Part shown: positions 47,153-59,265 of the stretch, one piece after another
How the letters are laid out: each line of letters starts with the position of its first letter
Position numbering within the stretch: the first letter of the stretch is position 1
NCBI GenBank assembly: GCA_003427395.1
Contig: BFEA01000017.1
Span: 328,017-391,120, forward strand
Reading direction: 5' to 3'
Length of the DNA stretch: 63,104 bases
From: Chara braunii
Taxonomy: Eukaryota > Plantae > Charophyceae
Position numbers and translations under genes: made by a program
The notes under the pieces: generated by a model
Database searches by the model: none
Told to the model about the DNA's origin: nothing
The model's input: only the letters and a program-made list of their open reading frames with translations

Positions 47153-50100
47153 TTGCAGCGGGAGGAGAGCGAAGGTCAATTTGACGATAGTGAAGATGAG
47201 GCGCCGCGACTGCCGTTTTCGCCGTTGAGCAGAAGAGACCGGTTCATGCTGTCCATACCTGGGGTCCGGCAAGAGACCCCGGTTCGACAAGAGGTCGCAA
47301 CACACCTCGGAAAAGAGGCAGTCCAATGTGGGCTGGACTTGGAGCCTACCGAGGGCCATGGCACGGACGACGAGGCTGTGGGCGGGGAGGGAACGCAGGG
47401 CACTCCCCAAAAAAGAAGGGGAGATTGTCAAGAGGTCTTGGTCGGCTCTTCGAAGAAACAGAAGACCAAGACCCCGAACACTACGGGGGAGAAAAGGAAG
47501 GGAAGGGGGGTGGAAGAGGACCGCCCGGGTAGCAAACGTCCGGCTTCGAAACAGAAGCAGCCTGCGTCGGGACCTTCCACGCCACGGCCTGCCATCGACG
47601 TGGATGTCGGGTACTTCCTGGAGTACAAAGACGGCGTCAGGACAAGGCGGGAGTATGAGATTAGCCCAGCTGAGGTCGTCGACCTCGGGGAATGGGAGGA
47701 TCTGTACAACCAGCGGTCCCTGGATCCCGTCCTGGTTGAGGAGATCAAAGAAGCGATGCGGTTGGCGTTCGAAAATAAAGAACAGACGTACGAGTTGCCG
47801 ACCCTCAAGCTCGCACCACTGGGGCTTCAAAAACCAACTCCCGGGACCAGGGCACAACGTCTGAACCCGGAGGAGTGGAAGGACGAGCTGGCGGGAGAAT
47901 ACTACTACTACGCGGTGTGTGGGCAACATAACGCGGCTGCAGCCCGATCGCTGCTCGGCAGCGAGGTGGCCAAGAGGTATAATTTCGAGCGATGGCTGAC
48001 AAGAATGGTGTACTTTTCGGACGATGACGTCGAAGGGTATTTTCTTGTTAGTTCACAAGACAACAAGAAGGACCTTAAGGCGCCTCCCAGACAGTCGAAA
48101 CTGTCTATGAAAGACATTCGGTGGCAGTGGAAGCATGACAGCTGCCCGAGAGCTGTGATGGGGAATCCTAGCGGGAAACAAGATCAGGTCCGGGATTGGC
48201 GTAAGTTCTGTACAACGGCGTTCCATAAGGCGCCGCACAACAGCTTGTAGATTCTCGCGGATCAAAAGGAAGAGGAGGCCATTAAGAAGCAAAATGCTGT
48301 CCTGCGTTCTTATTTCCCTCTCACGATGGCCGGAGAGAATGTCTGGAAACTGGCCGTGAAATTTTTTGAAAAGTGGGAAACGAGTAGATTGCTGAGCCAC
48401 GACGGAGCAAAGTGGATCATGAAGAAGAAGAAGGTAAAAAACGTCAAGCCTGGGGTCGCCTACGTCGACAACGACAAGTTGGGCAGAAAGGAGGTGGTGT
48501 ACAACGTCCCCGTGGAGCCGCGTACTAAGAAAGGCAAAAAGGAGAAAGAGGAGGGTGATTGGTTCGTGCAAGTGCCGGACCCGGACGTGCATTGCTGGAA
48601 AGCGATGGAATCACTCACCGATAACGAGAAGTGTCGCGTTCTGAAGAAGGTACTTGCTTGTGAGGTCGTTTGGGTCCAGGCCAGCTCCCCGTCGTTGGCG
48701 AAGTTGGGGAAGCTCAGCGTGCAGGACATGGTGCAGTTGGTGAAGTGCGACCGCGTGCTGGTCCAGTTGTGGAATTACTACCAATTCAAACACGAGAAGA
48801 GGCCGGACGCGGATTGGATCCAAAAGTACCCTTTCCTGAAATCGAGGTCCGCCGTGTTCAAGAAGTTTGAAGGTCAGGGATTGGATGGCGATTTGTGGGA
48901 TAATAGCAGGAAACACATTTTCGACTCGGCGCTGTTCAAGGACTGACTGCCATACATGGGTTGCGACCAGGAGAACTCGATTGACGTGACGAAGAAGTCG
49001 GCGGGCCACAAGAAGTTGTTTGTCGACTCGAGAAACAAGGTTCTTTCCGTGTTGAATGGGAGCAGACTGAAGAGCCGGGAAATCGCACTTGCCGAAGTCA
49101 TTGTTCACATCAAATGGAAAGACACAGGGGACGTGACATCCATCGTGCTGTTCGGTAACGACCCTTTGGAGGTGGAAGTCAGGGGCGTAGAGCTGAAGGA
49201 AGCAGTGAGTGCTACAAAGAGCTACACGTTCGTCCTCAATCTGTGCAAGCCGGTTGACCTCAAACTGTGGAAACCCCAAGCGTGAAAGACTTTGAATTCC
49301 TATCTTCAGACGTGGTGTCCGTCGCATTGGACTCTCGTTGTTTTCGTGTCGCGGCAGCACAACCTATCGTTTCTCGCTAGCATGCACCATCTTTCTTTCG
49401 TTAAGCTGTTGGAAGGGAAGTGGGTGCGGAGAAGTCAGCAAAAAAAAAGCGTCCCCGTTGGGAACAATTTGTACATGGAGGACGACCGCATGTACATCCT
49501 CTTCAAGGGTCACGATCTGCGCGTCAACACGTCCGTGGTGTACGAGGGAAAGTTGCCCAAGGGTGCCGCTGCTGCGGTGCGGTTGCCTCAGAGGGTCACC
49601 CAGACGGATGTGTCCGAGATTCCCTTCATTCCGTGCGACTGGTCGCTGGTGGCGCCAGAACGACAGGGCAGTGTCTACGGGGATATGGAACGTAATCCGA
49701 CACATTTCGTCGGTCTTCTGGATTTCCTTGGCAAGAAGGGAGAGGGTGTCGTGTTCCTTAGGAAACCACACGCGCGAAGCGTCTGGGATCTTCTGAAGGC
49801 TGGCCGGCACGTTGTCGCGATGGAAGGGAACTCCGACCTCTTGCAATTCACGATGCAGGTGGTGAAAAGCGAAGTCAATTCGGGCGAGCACAATTGTGAA
49901 TTCATGGTCATGAAGCCGACACGGGATCGGGTGTGGAGCAACAAGATGGACATGTGGTTCAAGTTGAGCGAGAGGAAGAGGAGGAAGATATACGATTTCT
50001 TGTTCCTTCAAATGCGGCCGCGGAAGGACACTGACGCCGAGTATGTCCGCCGCAAGGACCACATGTTGACACCGCTCGACAACTACCACTTCGCCTCCCG

Positions 50101-52171
50101 CATGAACGCAAAGACGTTTCTCGAAAGACTGCAGTCGCTGCACTTCGTGGAGTCCGAGGAGCAGTTGAAGTTAGTCAGTTACGCTTCCTTGATCTCCATT
50201 GATGACGAGGAAGCCACAGGTGTGGAGTTCCTCGCCAACGCAAAGGAGGAGGAGAGCGACACCGAGAGCCTTGACCTGCAGTACGACCCACCTCCGCCGG
50301 ACCACGCCCGAGGGTCCTCGTCGGCCGGTCCGTCACCAAGCGCTGCAGCCCTCGTGTCACCGACGGCCAAACCGGCGCCGGGCACCACGGCGATGAAGTT
50401 GCTGGAGAGACTTAGAGCTCTGGCCGTCCCCCCGCCTGATTTGCGTCCCGGGTCCGACATCCCCCCCGATCATCTGTCTTGGATGGATGACCACACCCAC
50501 TTCCTGTTTGAGCCACAACGTCATTCGCCCGAGGTGGACTGGTGGGTCATGGCCGTCGCAATCCCGGGCACGGGATGGGTGTCATTCCCGCACGAGTCGA
50601 AGTCCAACTTCCTGCACCTCGCTAGGATTTCGGCCGAAAATGACACATTTGCAGCCGGCGACCTGTCCGTCATTCCCGCAGCCGGTCGACTGTTCAACGA
50701 GCTTCAAGACAAGTGCTGGTTGGAATTGACGAAGGACTAGTACGACCTCGACACGAGCCCGTCGAAGGGCATGGTGGACTGGAAAGTGCCTCCTCCAAGT
50801 GGGCCGGACGACAGTTCTGGGGGGGGGGTCAACTGGAGGTGGAGGGGACAGGGGTGGTGGTGCGGGGGGTGGCGAAGGAATCCCGCCTGGTGGGGAGGGA
50901 CAGTCTCACGGCCACAACACGACACCGGGAGGCAGCGGCGGGGTGGCAGGTTTCGCCGTCGACCGGCCTCCATCGACAGGCACCTGGCCGGAGCGTACGA
51001 CACAGTCCGCCGACCTCCCGACTTCATCTGTGGCCCTGTGGGCTCAGCGAGGGAGACGTTGGCAGCCTTGGTTGCTCTCGGCAGCCGCTCCGGCGGAAAG
51101 TTGAAGTCTGCCGGGATCTGAACTACGTCGGGTGAGGAGCCGCCAGAGCGGTCCGGACTGCGAAGCCGCTCGGGGTCGGGGGAGCCGAACCAGGATCCCG
51201 AAATTGGCAGCGTTGCGGCGCGGGACGGAAAGGTGTCGCCTGAGCGGGAGCGACGACCGCAAGAATTGCAGCGAGAGGCGGCAAGTGCAGGGTCCGGCGA
51301 CACGGAGACGACAAAGTCCGCCGAGATCCGAACTTCTTTGGGCGGGGGGTGTCGGCCAGGGATTGTCGTGCCGCCGAGAGGGGCAGCATGCACGGAGACG
51401 GAAGGGCGGTCCTCGGGGTTCAACACGGGTACCGCGGAAGGGGATGAGTTTCGTGGAAAGGAAGTAGGGGAGGAAATGGAGGAAGGGAAGGAAGCGCAAG
51501 AAGGGGAGGAAGAAGGGGAAGAAGAGGAGGAAGGGGAGGAAGCGGGAGAAACGGAGCTACTAAAATTTCTTAAAGGAAGGGAGGGTGACGGATCTGGAGA
51601 CGACGAAGTGGAGCACAGTGAGGACGATGCCGGATCTGGAGAGTCGTCTGACGAGTTCGGACAACTGTACGGAGAGCATCACGAGGATAATGTCGACGAC
51701 GATGCCACGACAATGGAGATGGAAACACAAGTGGTTAGCAGCCTTTCCGCAGAGCCTGAAGATTATGTGGTCCGACCACTGACGTCTGCTGTCGACTTGC
51801 AAAACCAGTTCGGCGAGGCTTCCGTTGCTGTTAGCCCATCTAAAACAAGTCGTCGTATAAGCATCGACGAAGTTATCGACGGTATCCTCGGCGACCACCA
51901 CGTGTCCGCCCATCCGTCCACAACGCCTGACGTCGACGACGCTGGCAACGTCGCATCTTCCATGGCAGCTGCCCTCGCTTCGTCGCCGCCGAAGTTTCTG
52001 GTACTGCCGTCCACCCTTGCCGCTGGAGGGGAAGGCCAGGTCAGGGGACGACAACATGTCACGTCCCCGAAAAAATCCAGGGTCGGCAGTCAAGCTCTCG
52101 ACGTGCTCGCTTTGCCCGTGCCAAATTCCCCGTCGAAGGAGCGGAGAGAGAAACAGACTGGTAAGCCGTGA
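47153..52171 (+). pseudogene. Long decayed ORF: ParB/DGQHR-like domain, degenerate beta-class amino-DNA-methyltransferase-like domain and acidic linker
   Basis: ORFs starting at 47153, 48326, 48956, 49292, 50771 and 51233 are all in one frame and separated by single stops. NQRSLDPVLVEEIKEAM...YYYAVCGQHNAAAARSL is ParB-like. GKWVRR...EDDRMYILFKG...ERNPTHFVGLLDFLGKKGEGVVFL...LLKAGRHVVAMEGN is MTase-like. Confidence 0.7.
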
Positions 52172-52898
52172 AGAACGCCACACTGCCTGCGCGTCCTGGA
52201 TTACGAAAATGAGAGAACGGATTCCGTCGTAGTCCGGATGTCGGCGGACTACAGTCCGCACCATGCACTCGACGACTGTCCACACTGTCTGCCGATACGG
52301 GAAGTTTCAGATGCCGGGAAACTACAGCCACCAGCCCTTACAAATACATCTCATCGGCTTATCTGTGAGTCAGCCGGGTTGCTGGCCGAGGGCAGCGTAA
52401 ACTTCGTCGAAAACCTTACACTCCATCTAAGGAAGGATCTGCCCTGGCTGAGAAAGTGGCCAAGGGGCTAAGAAAGTGGCCAAGTAGATGGATTGACGGT
52501 TTTCCCTTCTCGGAAATAGTGTCGGTTTTAGTCCGACGGGATCAAAACTTCCTTTGTTGATGCGTAATGTGGTCAGTCTCTGTGGGGCTGCTGTATTGAA
52601 AAGTCCGCCGCAGTCCGAACTTCGGGGATTGCTGGCCTTCGGCTTCTGTGAGTTGTGATGGTTTTCCTTTGTGAAGTGCGGGGGTGTTGAGCTCGAATGT
52701 TGCAGTCGTTTTGTTTTCCAGTCGCACACACACACCTAGGTGCACATGACCACGCGAAATCAGGGTCATATGGTCGGAGAGGTCCTGCTTGACTGTTGCA
52801 TCTGTGCGATTGTATGGTTCTCATATTGTCACTTTTGTCGCATTCGTGTTGGGAAACGTGTATTCATTTTCCGTTCTGTCTTTCTTCTGTTGTACAGG

Positions 52899-53971
52899 GG
52901 TGGGGTCGTCTCGAACACGGAGGTCCTCGAAATATCCAGAACACATATTGCGGAAAGTCCCCGGGTTGACTACAAAACACAAGGATATGTTAAAGGCATC
53001 AGGGGATGATGTCGAGATCGGGAAGAAGGAGTACACCGTTGTCATTGAGGAATGTCTATCCCTTCTTGCCCAGAGAAAGGGACATATCCACGATCTGTGA
53101 GTAGGAGTCAGGCCATGTATGAGAAGTACTTAGCAACGCGTCATGCACCGGGGGACAATGCCTAGAACTCCGTTTCTCACTACCCCACGTGTCATTTGCT
53201 CGATGTTGTGCAGTGCGGGCCACAAGTGCAACACACGGGAAAAGGTTCGCTGTAGCGATTGCGCCTCTGAGCTTGCGGGTTTTGGACGACATTATACGAG
53301 GCTCGGTGCCACCTCACACCGTTCTCTCTATACTGGCCGATGGTCAATTCCGGATTGCAGCAAAAGATCTCCTCACCCTCTTGCATATCGATGGCAGGGT
53401 GAATGATGAGGTGGCCAATTTCTATATGGCGTTGTTGGGGTCGACTGCATGTGGGTCAGGTGACATCTCGTCAGACCTTCAAGTCTTCAGCTTTAATTCG
53501 TTATTTTTCTGTAAACTGCAACTTCAAGCACACGGTGGGGTGCAGAGGTGGACTAAAAACGTAGATTTGCTTCATTACGATATTATCTTCGTTCCTGTCC
53601 ACAACGATGATGATCACTGGATTCTCATTTCCGTCAACATGAGAGATGACGTTCTCAAAATTTTTGATTATTTTCCTCGCGTTGTAGTTGATGCAAGTTT
53701 TTACATTAGTGTTTTCGGGTTGATTATGTAGTATTTGGAACGTCAAACATCACATAGGCGGTCGGGTAGGAATTGGAAGTCGATATAGAAAAATGTTGTG
53801 GTGGATGGAGTTCCGAGACAAGTGGATGGAGCTAGCTGCGGGGTGTTCATGTTGATGTATGCGACGTTGTTGCAACGTGGAGATCGACTGCCTTTTCGGT
53901 TCTCTTGTAAAGATATTCCGCTTCTTAGATGACAATTAGCATCATGTATCTTAGAACATCATTGTCTTTGA
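52899..53971 (+). pseudogene. Ulp1/SENP-family (peptidase C48) protease exons
   Basis: VNDEVANFYM, FNSLFF, VQRWTKNVDL, IIFVPVH..DHW.L, KIFD, and past in-frame stops VPRQVDGASCGVFMLMYA (His-Asp-Gln-Cys retained). Plausible splice sites: AG at 52897-52898, GTGAGT at 53097, AG at 53213-53214. Confidence 0.9.
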
Positions 53972-54544
53972 TGAATTTTATTAACTTCGATACTTTTTTC
54001 TAAGGTGTTCCATTGGTTGTTCATTACATTTTGTAAATCGATACATTATTCAACTGTCCTCCTGACAACGACATTGCTTTTTTTTATCGTTTGGACAACG
54101 ACATTGCTTTCTTTTATCGTTCCGAGTTTGAGTTGTCTTCGTCAAACTCATTGAATGTCCGACATCATATATAGACTTCGTAATCTCTGTCCCGTCGCAG
54201 TCATTTCTCATGCAGTGGAACATGTTATACATTACGTTCCATGTTTCAAATTCTGTTCAACTAGAAGTGTACACATGATTGTGAAATTGGTCGGTGCATG
54301 CATGACAAATGACATCTTATGTTTTGGATGCATTATAAATTGGTCAGTAGATGCATTAATAAATGTAAGGACCAGTTGCTTTATGTCTCTTGCGTGGGCA
54401 TAGAATCACATGCCTTGTGACCACGTGCATTACATGTAACCAACAACCTTGAGTCCGTGCCCAAACCTTCTTCGCATGACCATTTAAAGTGCAGATTTTC
54501 ATCGTGAATAAGCAAAATTTAAAGTTCTACACTTATCACAACTG

Positions 54545-55380
54545 TGAACAAGTATGGATCTCAGTGCCCTCATGTCGGGCGAGATGATGAGCGTGCCTGT
54601 ATGCGGAAGTCCGGATCTCTTCAACATCCAAACAACCGTCTCATGTGAGATGATGGCTGTACTTGCATAACTTACGGATAACCTAGTAAACGAAAAATTA
54701 ATGTGTTAACCAACGACGGTTCGATCATGACACCTTGCTCATCACATATGTAAGCTTTGAGTTTAACAAGTATGGATCTCAGCACACTTACGCCCACTGT
54801 CAGGGTCACAAGTCTTCTAAAAAAGTCCGGATCTCATCATACATCTAAACAATTGTCTTGAGCGAGACGAGGAACCTGCATGTGTAACTTTGGGATAACC
54901 GAAAGAATTATACTCTTCAATTCTATCTGATTACATTGCTAATTTTATTTACAAAGTTCAACAAGTATGAATGTCAGCAAACTTTCGCATTTAGGGCGAG
55001 TGGATGGGCATGCCTACGTGGAAACACTGCAGTCAAAAATGAATTCGTAAGATAGAGGACAGTGTCACAATATAACGTCTTTCATTACATTTATGAGATT
55101 GAAGTTTGACAAGTAAGGATTCCAGCACACTTCCGCACAGGGTTTCCTGTTTGGCGTGCCAATCGTTATTCGTTTATGAAGTTTGACTACTATGGATCCC
55201 AACACACTTCCCCACAGAATCACCAACACGTTTTTGAAGTTCAACAAGTAAGGATCCCAACACACTTCCGCACAGGGTTCCCGGGTGGCGTGGCTAACAT
55301 GTGTGGGTCTCAACACGCTTCCGCATTTGGGATTTCATTTATAAAGTTTCACAAGTACGGATCTCAGCACGCTTCTGCAT
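54545..55380 (+). repeat. Cluster of ~7-9 direct repeats, consensus ACAAGTA(T/A)GGATCYCARCACACTT
   Basis: Copies near 54548, 54766, 54961, 55109, 55187, 55244 and 55351, at irregular spacing. Confidence 0.8.
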
Positions 55381-56009
55381 GTGGTTAAGCCCTGGATGGG
55401 CATGCCTACGTTGCTTAGGCTGCAACCAGAAATGAATTCGTTAGAAAGAGGACACAGTATAATGTCCTATTTTAACGAATAACATGTTTCAATCAATCAA
55501 TCAATCAATCAACCAACCAATCAATCAATCAAGCAATCCCCCCCCCCAAAAAAAAAAATCAAACCAATCAATCAACCAATCAATCGATCAATCAATCAAT
55601 CAATCAATCAACNNNNNNNNNNNNNNNNNNNNNNNNNNNNNNNNNNNNNNNNNNNNNNNNNNNNNNNNNNNNNNNNNNNNNNNNNNNNNNNNNNNNNNNN
55701 NNNNNNNNNNNNNNNNNNNNNNNNNNNNNNNNNNNNNNNNNNNNNNNNNNNNNNNNNNNNNNNNNNNNNNNNNNNNNNNNNNNNNNNNNNNNNNNNNNNN
55801 NNNNNNNNNNNNNNNNNNNNNNNNNNNNNNNNNNNNNCATTTTTAAGTTTTTTTATTTTTTTTCAATGTGGGGGGGTGGGGCCTCGGGTGCGCCCCCGGA
55901 ATCCCGACCCCGACCTCCGGTACCCCCTCCCCCTCGCCCGCGGCCGCAACGGTCATGACCGCGGGCCCGCGGTCGACCGCATGGGCCGCGGTCATGCCCG
56001 CGGTGACCG

Positions 56010-56480
56010 CAGCAGCTTCTTCTTTTTCTGCTTTATCTTCCTCTTCTTTCTTTCTTTTTTCCTCCGCCTCCCTTTTTGTCCTTTCTTCTTCCTGCTGCTT
56101 GTCCAGCAGCTGCTTGGCCATCTTCCCTACAGCACTGAGAGAATCCTCAAGTTCTTTACTCAAGGAGACAGTCCCTCGTTGCCCACCGTTCCCTGGCCTT
56201 CCTTGCAATCTCAGGCACTGGCTTTTGTAGTGTCCAATCTCGTTGCATTCATAGCACCTTACTTGCCTCGTACCCCAATCACCGTACCCCCTTCTGTCGT
56301 AACTTTCTGCCGAACCTCCTCTTCTGTCACTGGGTCATTGTTCTCGGCGCTCCTCCCTGCCTCGGTCACGCCTCTCATCACCACCGCTCTCCCAACCGCT
56401 CGTGTCATAGCCGCTGTACCTATTCCTTCTTCCTCCTAAATCATACCTCCGGCTTCCCATCCTGTCACCTACCATAGGCC
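56010..56480 (-). pseudogene. CCHC zinc-knuckle plus coiled-coil ORF fragment (retroelement ORF1/Gag-like)
   Basis: Arg/Gly-rich segment, then VRCYECNEIGHYKSQC, then KQLLDKQQEEERTKREAEEKRKKEEE; cut off by a GC-rich palindromic block. Confidence 0.8.
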
Positions 56481-56977
56481 CTTCAGGCACTACTCCGATG
56501 TCTTGAGTTGTCACGTTCAAAACCCGTTCAGCTGTGTTCTTGATATCTCCAAAAGCAGCTTCGTCAACTCCAATCAGTCTCAGTAAGTCTCCTCACTCCT
56601 CGATAATCGTTCACCTTAGTCGCTTCTCCAGCACTCCGTAGGCACGTAACTCACTACCACCATTCTCCAAGTAACGTCCCTTGGATGGTTGTAGAGCTCG
56701 CTAGAAGTTGATTACAGACGATGCATGACTTGAAACACACATGCAGCCACATGCAGCGCGGAGGTTTACACAACGTAAACTCAGATAGATGTATTCAATT
56801 CAAAACGAAACGCAACGTGCATAGAAATTGTCGATATAGCTCGGGCACAGCATGCGAGACTATGGTCTGCGCATCTGGCTATTCCCCGACGTGTGGCGTC
56901 TCGAACTGAGAGACCTATCCAAAAGGGCCGTCGATTATTATAGTCCAACCGGCTCTCGAAAACAAAGGAAAAAACAG

Positions 56978-57262
56978 CAAAAGCCAACTCAACTAGGCTA
57001 AGCCCTTACCCAAGGACAGGCCCGTGTTCAAACCCTCCGGAGTCCTACCAACTTTCGAAAAACAAAGGCGAATAACGCAAAGGCCAACTCCCTAGGCTAA
57101 TCCTTTACCCAAAGACAGACCCGTGTTCGAACCCTGTGGACTACCTCCTATCCTTACTTCCTCCGAATCAAAAACAGCATACAACGTAAACCACGAAAAG
57201 CCGACTCGACCGGGCTAAGACGGGCAAAGACCTTACCCAGGGACAGGCCCGCGAACGAACCC
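56978..57262 (-). repeat. Three diverged leader repeats with conserved hairpins, upstream of the CCHC ORF
   Basis: gcc.actc...ggctaa...ttaccca..gacag.cccg.g..c.aaccc at ~56980, ~57080 and ~57197. Confidence 0.75.
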
Positions 57263-57359
57263 AGGCCCTGGTTATCCCGTCATCCTATTCCCCAAGTCAC
57301 TCTCCTAGCTAACTCCGCCCAGTCAGGGGCCTTCTTCCTTACGAACTTCCATAGTGAAC

Positions 57360-57539
57360 GGTCAAACAAATCGGCCGAATAATCTTGCCTTCTCAGCTCG
57401 AGCGTTTCAGCGTGAGCAGGCTTTCTTCCGCACCCGAAGGACTTTTACTGGTCAAACAAATCGGCCGAATAATCTTGCCTTCTCAGCTCGAGCGTTTCAG
57501 CGTGAGCAGGCTTTCTTCCGCACCCGAAGGACTTTTACT
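57360..57539. repeat. Perfect 90-bp tandem duplication
   Basis: ggtcaaacaaatcggccg...gaaggacttttact twice. Confidence 0.95.
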
Positions 57540-58056
57540 GTATTCTAGTATTTTCGGATTTTAGTATTTTAGTAGAAATTTAGACTTCAGTGTTTTTTAA
57601 ACTGAGTCTCTTGCGAATGAATGAAAAATAGGAGAGTCATCAGTAAATAGAAACAACAAGCCTAGGCGGATAACAAGGCAGGGTTTGACTTCGCGAAGGT
57701 AAAAAAAAAAAAAAAACAGTACTTGGGCACTGCGCGCCGCACCGGCCGCACCTTTTTTGAAGCGGCGCGGGCCGAAATTCTCGTAGCGCTAAGGCGTCGC
57801 CCAAGTTTATTTTTGCGTCTCCCCCATTTGACACCCACGGCCGGCCCCTGTAAAAATGACACCTGGCCTGAAAGGCTGAAACCACGGCCGTCGGTACTTC
57901 GTTTTCATTGATTTTTCGAACTCGGCGCCTGGTTTCTTTTTTTTGCCGGCGCGTGTTTGCTGTGATTTGTTTTTGAAGTTTTTTTTTTCCGATAATACTC
58001 AAAAAAGTGAACTGACATGACCGTACTACTTACCTCTAGTAAAATTATTATTTTTT

Positions 58057-58092
<36 letters not shown>

Positions 58093-59265
58093 NNNNNNNN
58101 NNNNNNNNNNNNNNNNNNNNNNNNNNNNNNNNNNNNNNNNNNNNNNNNNNNNNNNNNNNNNNNNNNNNNNNNNNNNNNNNNNNNNNNNNNNNNNNNNNNN
58201 NNNNNNNNNNNNNNNNNNNNNNNNNNNNNNNNNNNNNNNNNNNNNNNNNNNNNNNNNNNNNNNNNNNNNNNNNNNNNNNNNNNNNNNNNNNNNNNNNNNN
58301 NNNNNNNNNNNNNNNNNNNNNNNNNNNNNNNNNNNNNNNNNNNNNNNNNNNNNNNNNNNNNNNNNNNNNNNNNNNNNNNNNNNNNNNNNNNNNNNNNNNN
58401 NNNNNNNNNNNNNNNNNNNNNNNNNNNNNNNNNNNNNNNNNNNNNNNNNNNNNNNNNNNNNNNNNNNNNNNNNNNNNNNNNNNNNNNNNNNNNNNNNNNN
58501 NNNNNNNNNNNNNNNNNNNNNNNNNNNNNNNNNNNNNNNNNNNNNNNNNNNNNNNNNNNNNNNNNNNNNNNNNNNNNNNNNNNNNNNNNNNNNNNNNNNN
58601 NNNNNNNNNNNNNNNNNNNNNNNNNNNNNNNNNNNNNNNNNNNNNNNNNNNNNNNNNNNNNNNNNNNNNNNNNNNNNNNNNNNNNNNNNNNNNNNNNNNN
58701 NNNNNNNNNNNNNNNNNNNNNNNNNNNNNNNNNNNNNNNNNNNNNNNNNNNNNNNNNNNNNNNNNNNNNNNNNNNNNAGGGGGAGAGGGAGGGGGGAGAA
58801 AGTCAGTCTGTGTAGTTGTTGCAAACATCTCTCAGACTTCGATGTGATTATGAAGTGTACGGAATTTTATGTCTCTTTCTGTCTCTCTCTATCCTTGTAC
58901 AAGACAGGAGATAAGAGTAATTTCAATTTTCAAATTAATGATATTGATTTAAATTCGTTTAATTTAATTTAAATTAATTTTTATTCCGCAGTTCAACTTA
59001 GTAAAATGGCTGAAGGTTGGATGAGCTTGTGAATCGGACGAACCGAAATTGGGTGAAAGTTCCGTGAAATGACATCAGCGGACAGCAAAAATTGGACTTC
59101 AATTTTGTAAATACACAAACAAAGAAAGATTAATGAAAAAAGAATTAGAACATCGCATTAAAATTGGATCAGGAATGGTTCAAAAAAAAAAAAAAAAAAA
59201 AAGTATCGTGAATGGTATGGTCACTCTGATGCCACTGATGGGCCTTTGTATGCATCATGCCTTCA

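Noticed and set aside
46961-52285. Long antisense ORFs (46961-47929, 48611-49360, 49364-50143, 51560-52285)
   Set aside because: Shadows of the GC-rich plus-strand coding frame, with no motifs of their own.
56905-57010. HDV-like ribozyme on the plus strand (AAGGGC...GGCTAA-GCCCTT)
   Set aside because: P3/L3 and P1.1 could not be built with acceptable geometry.
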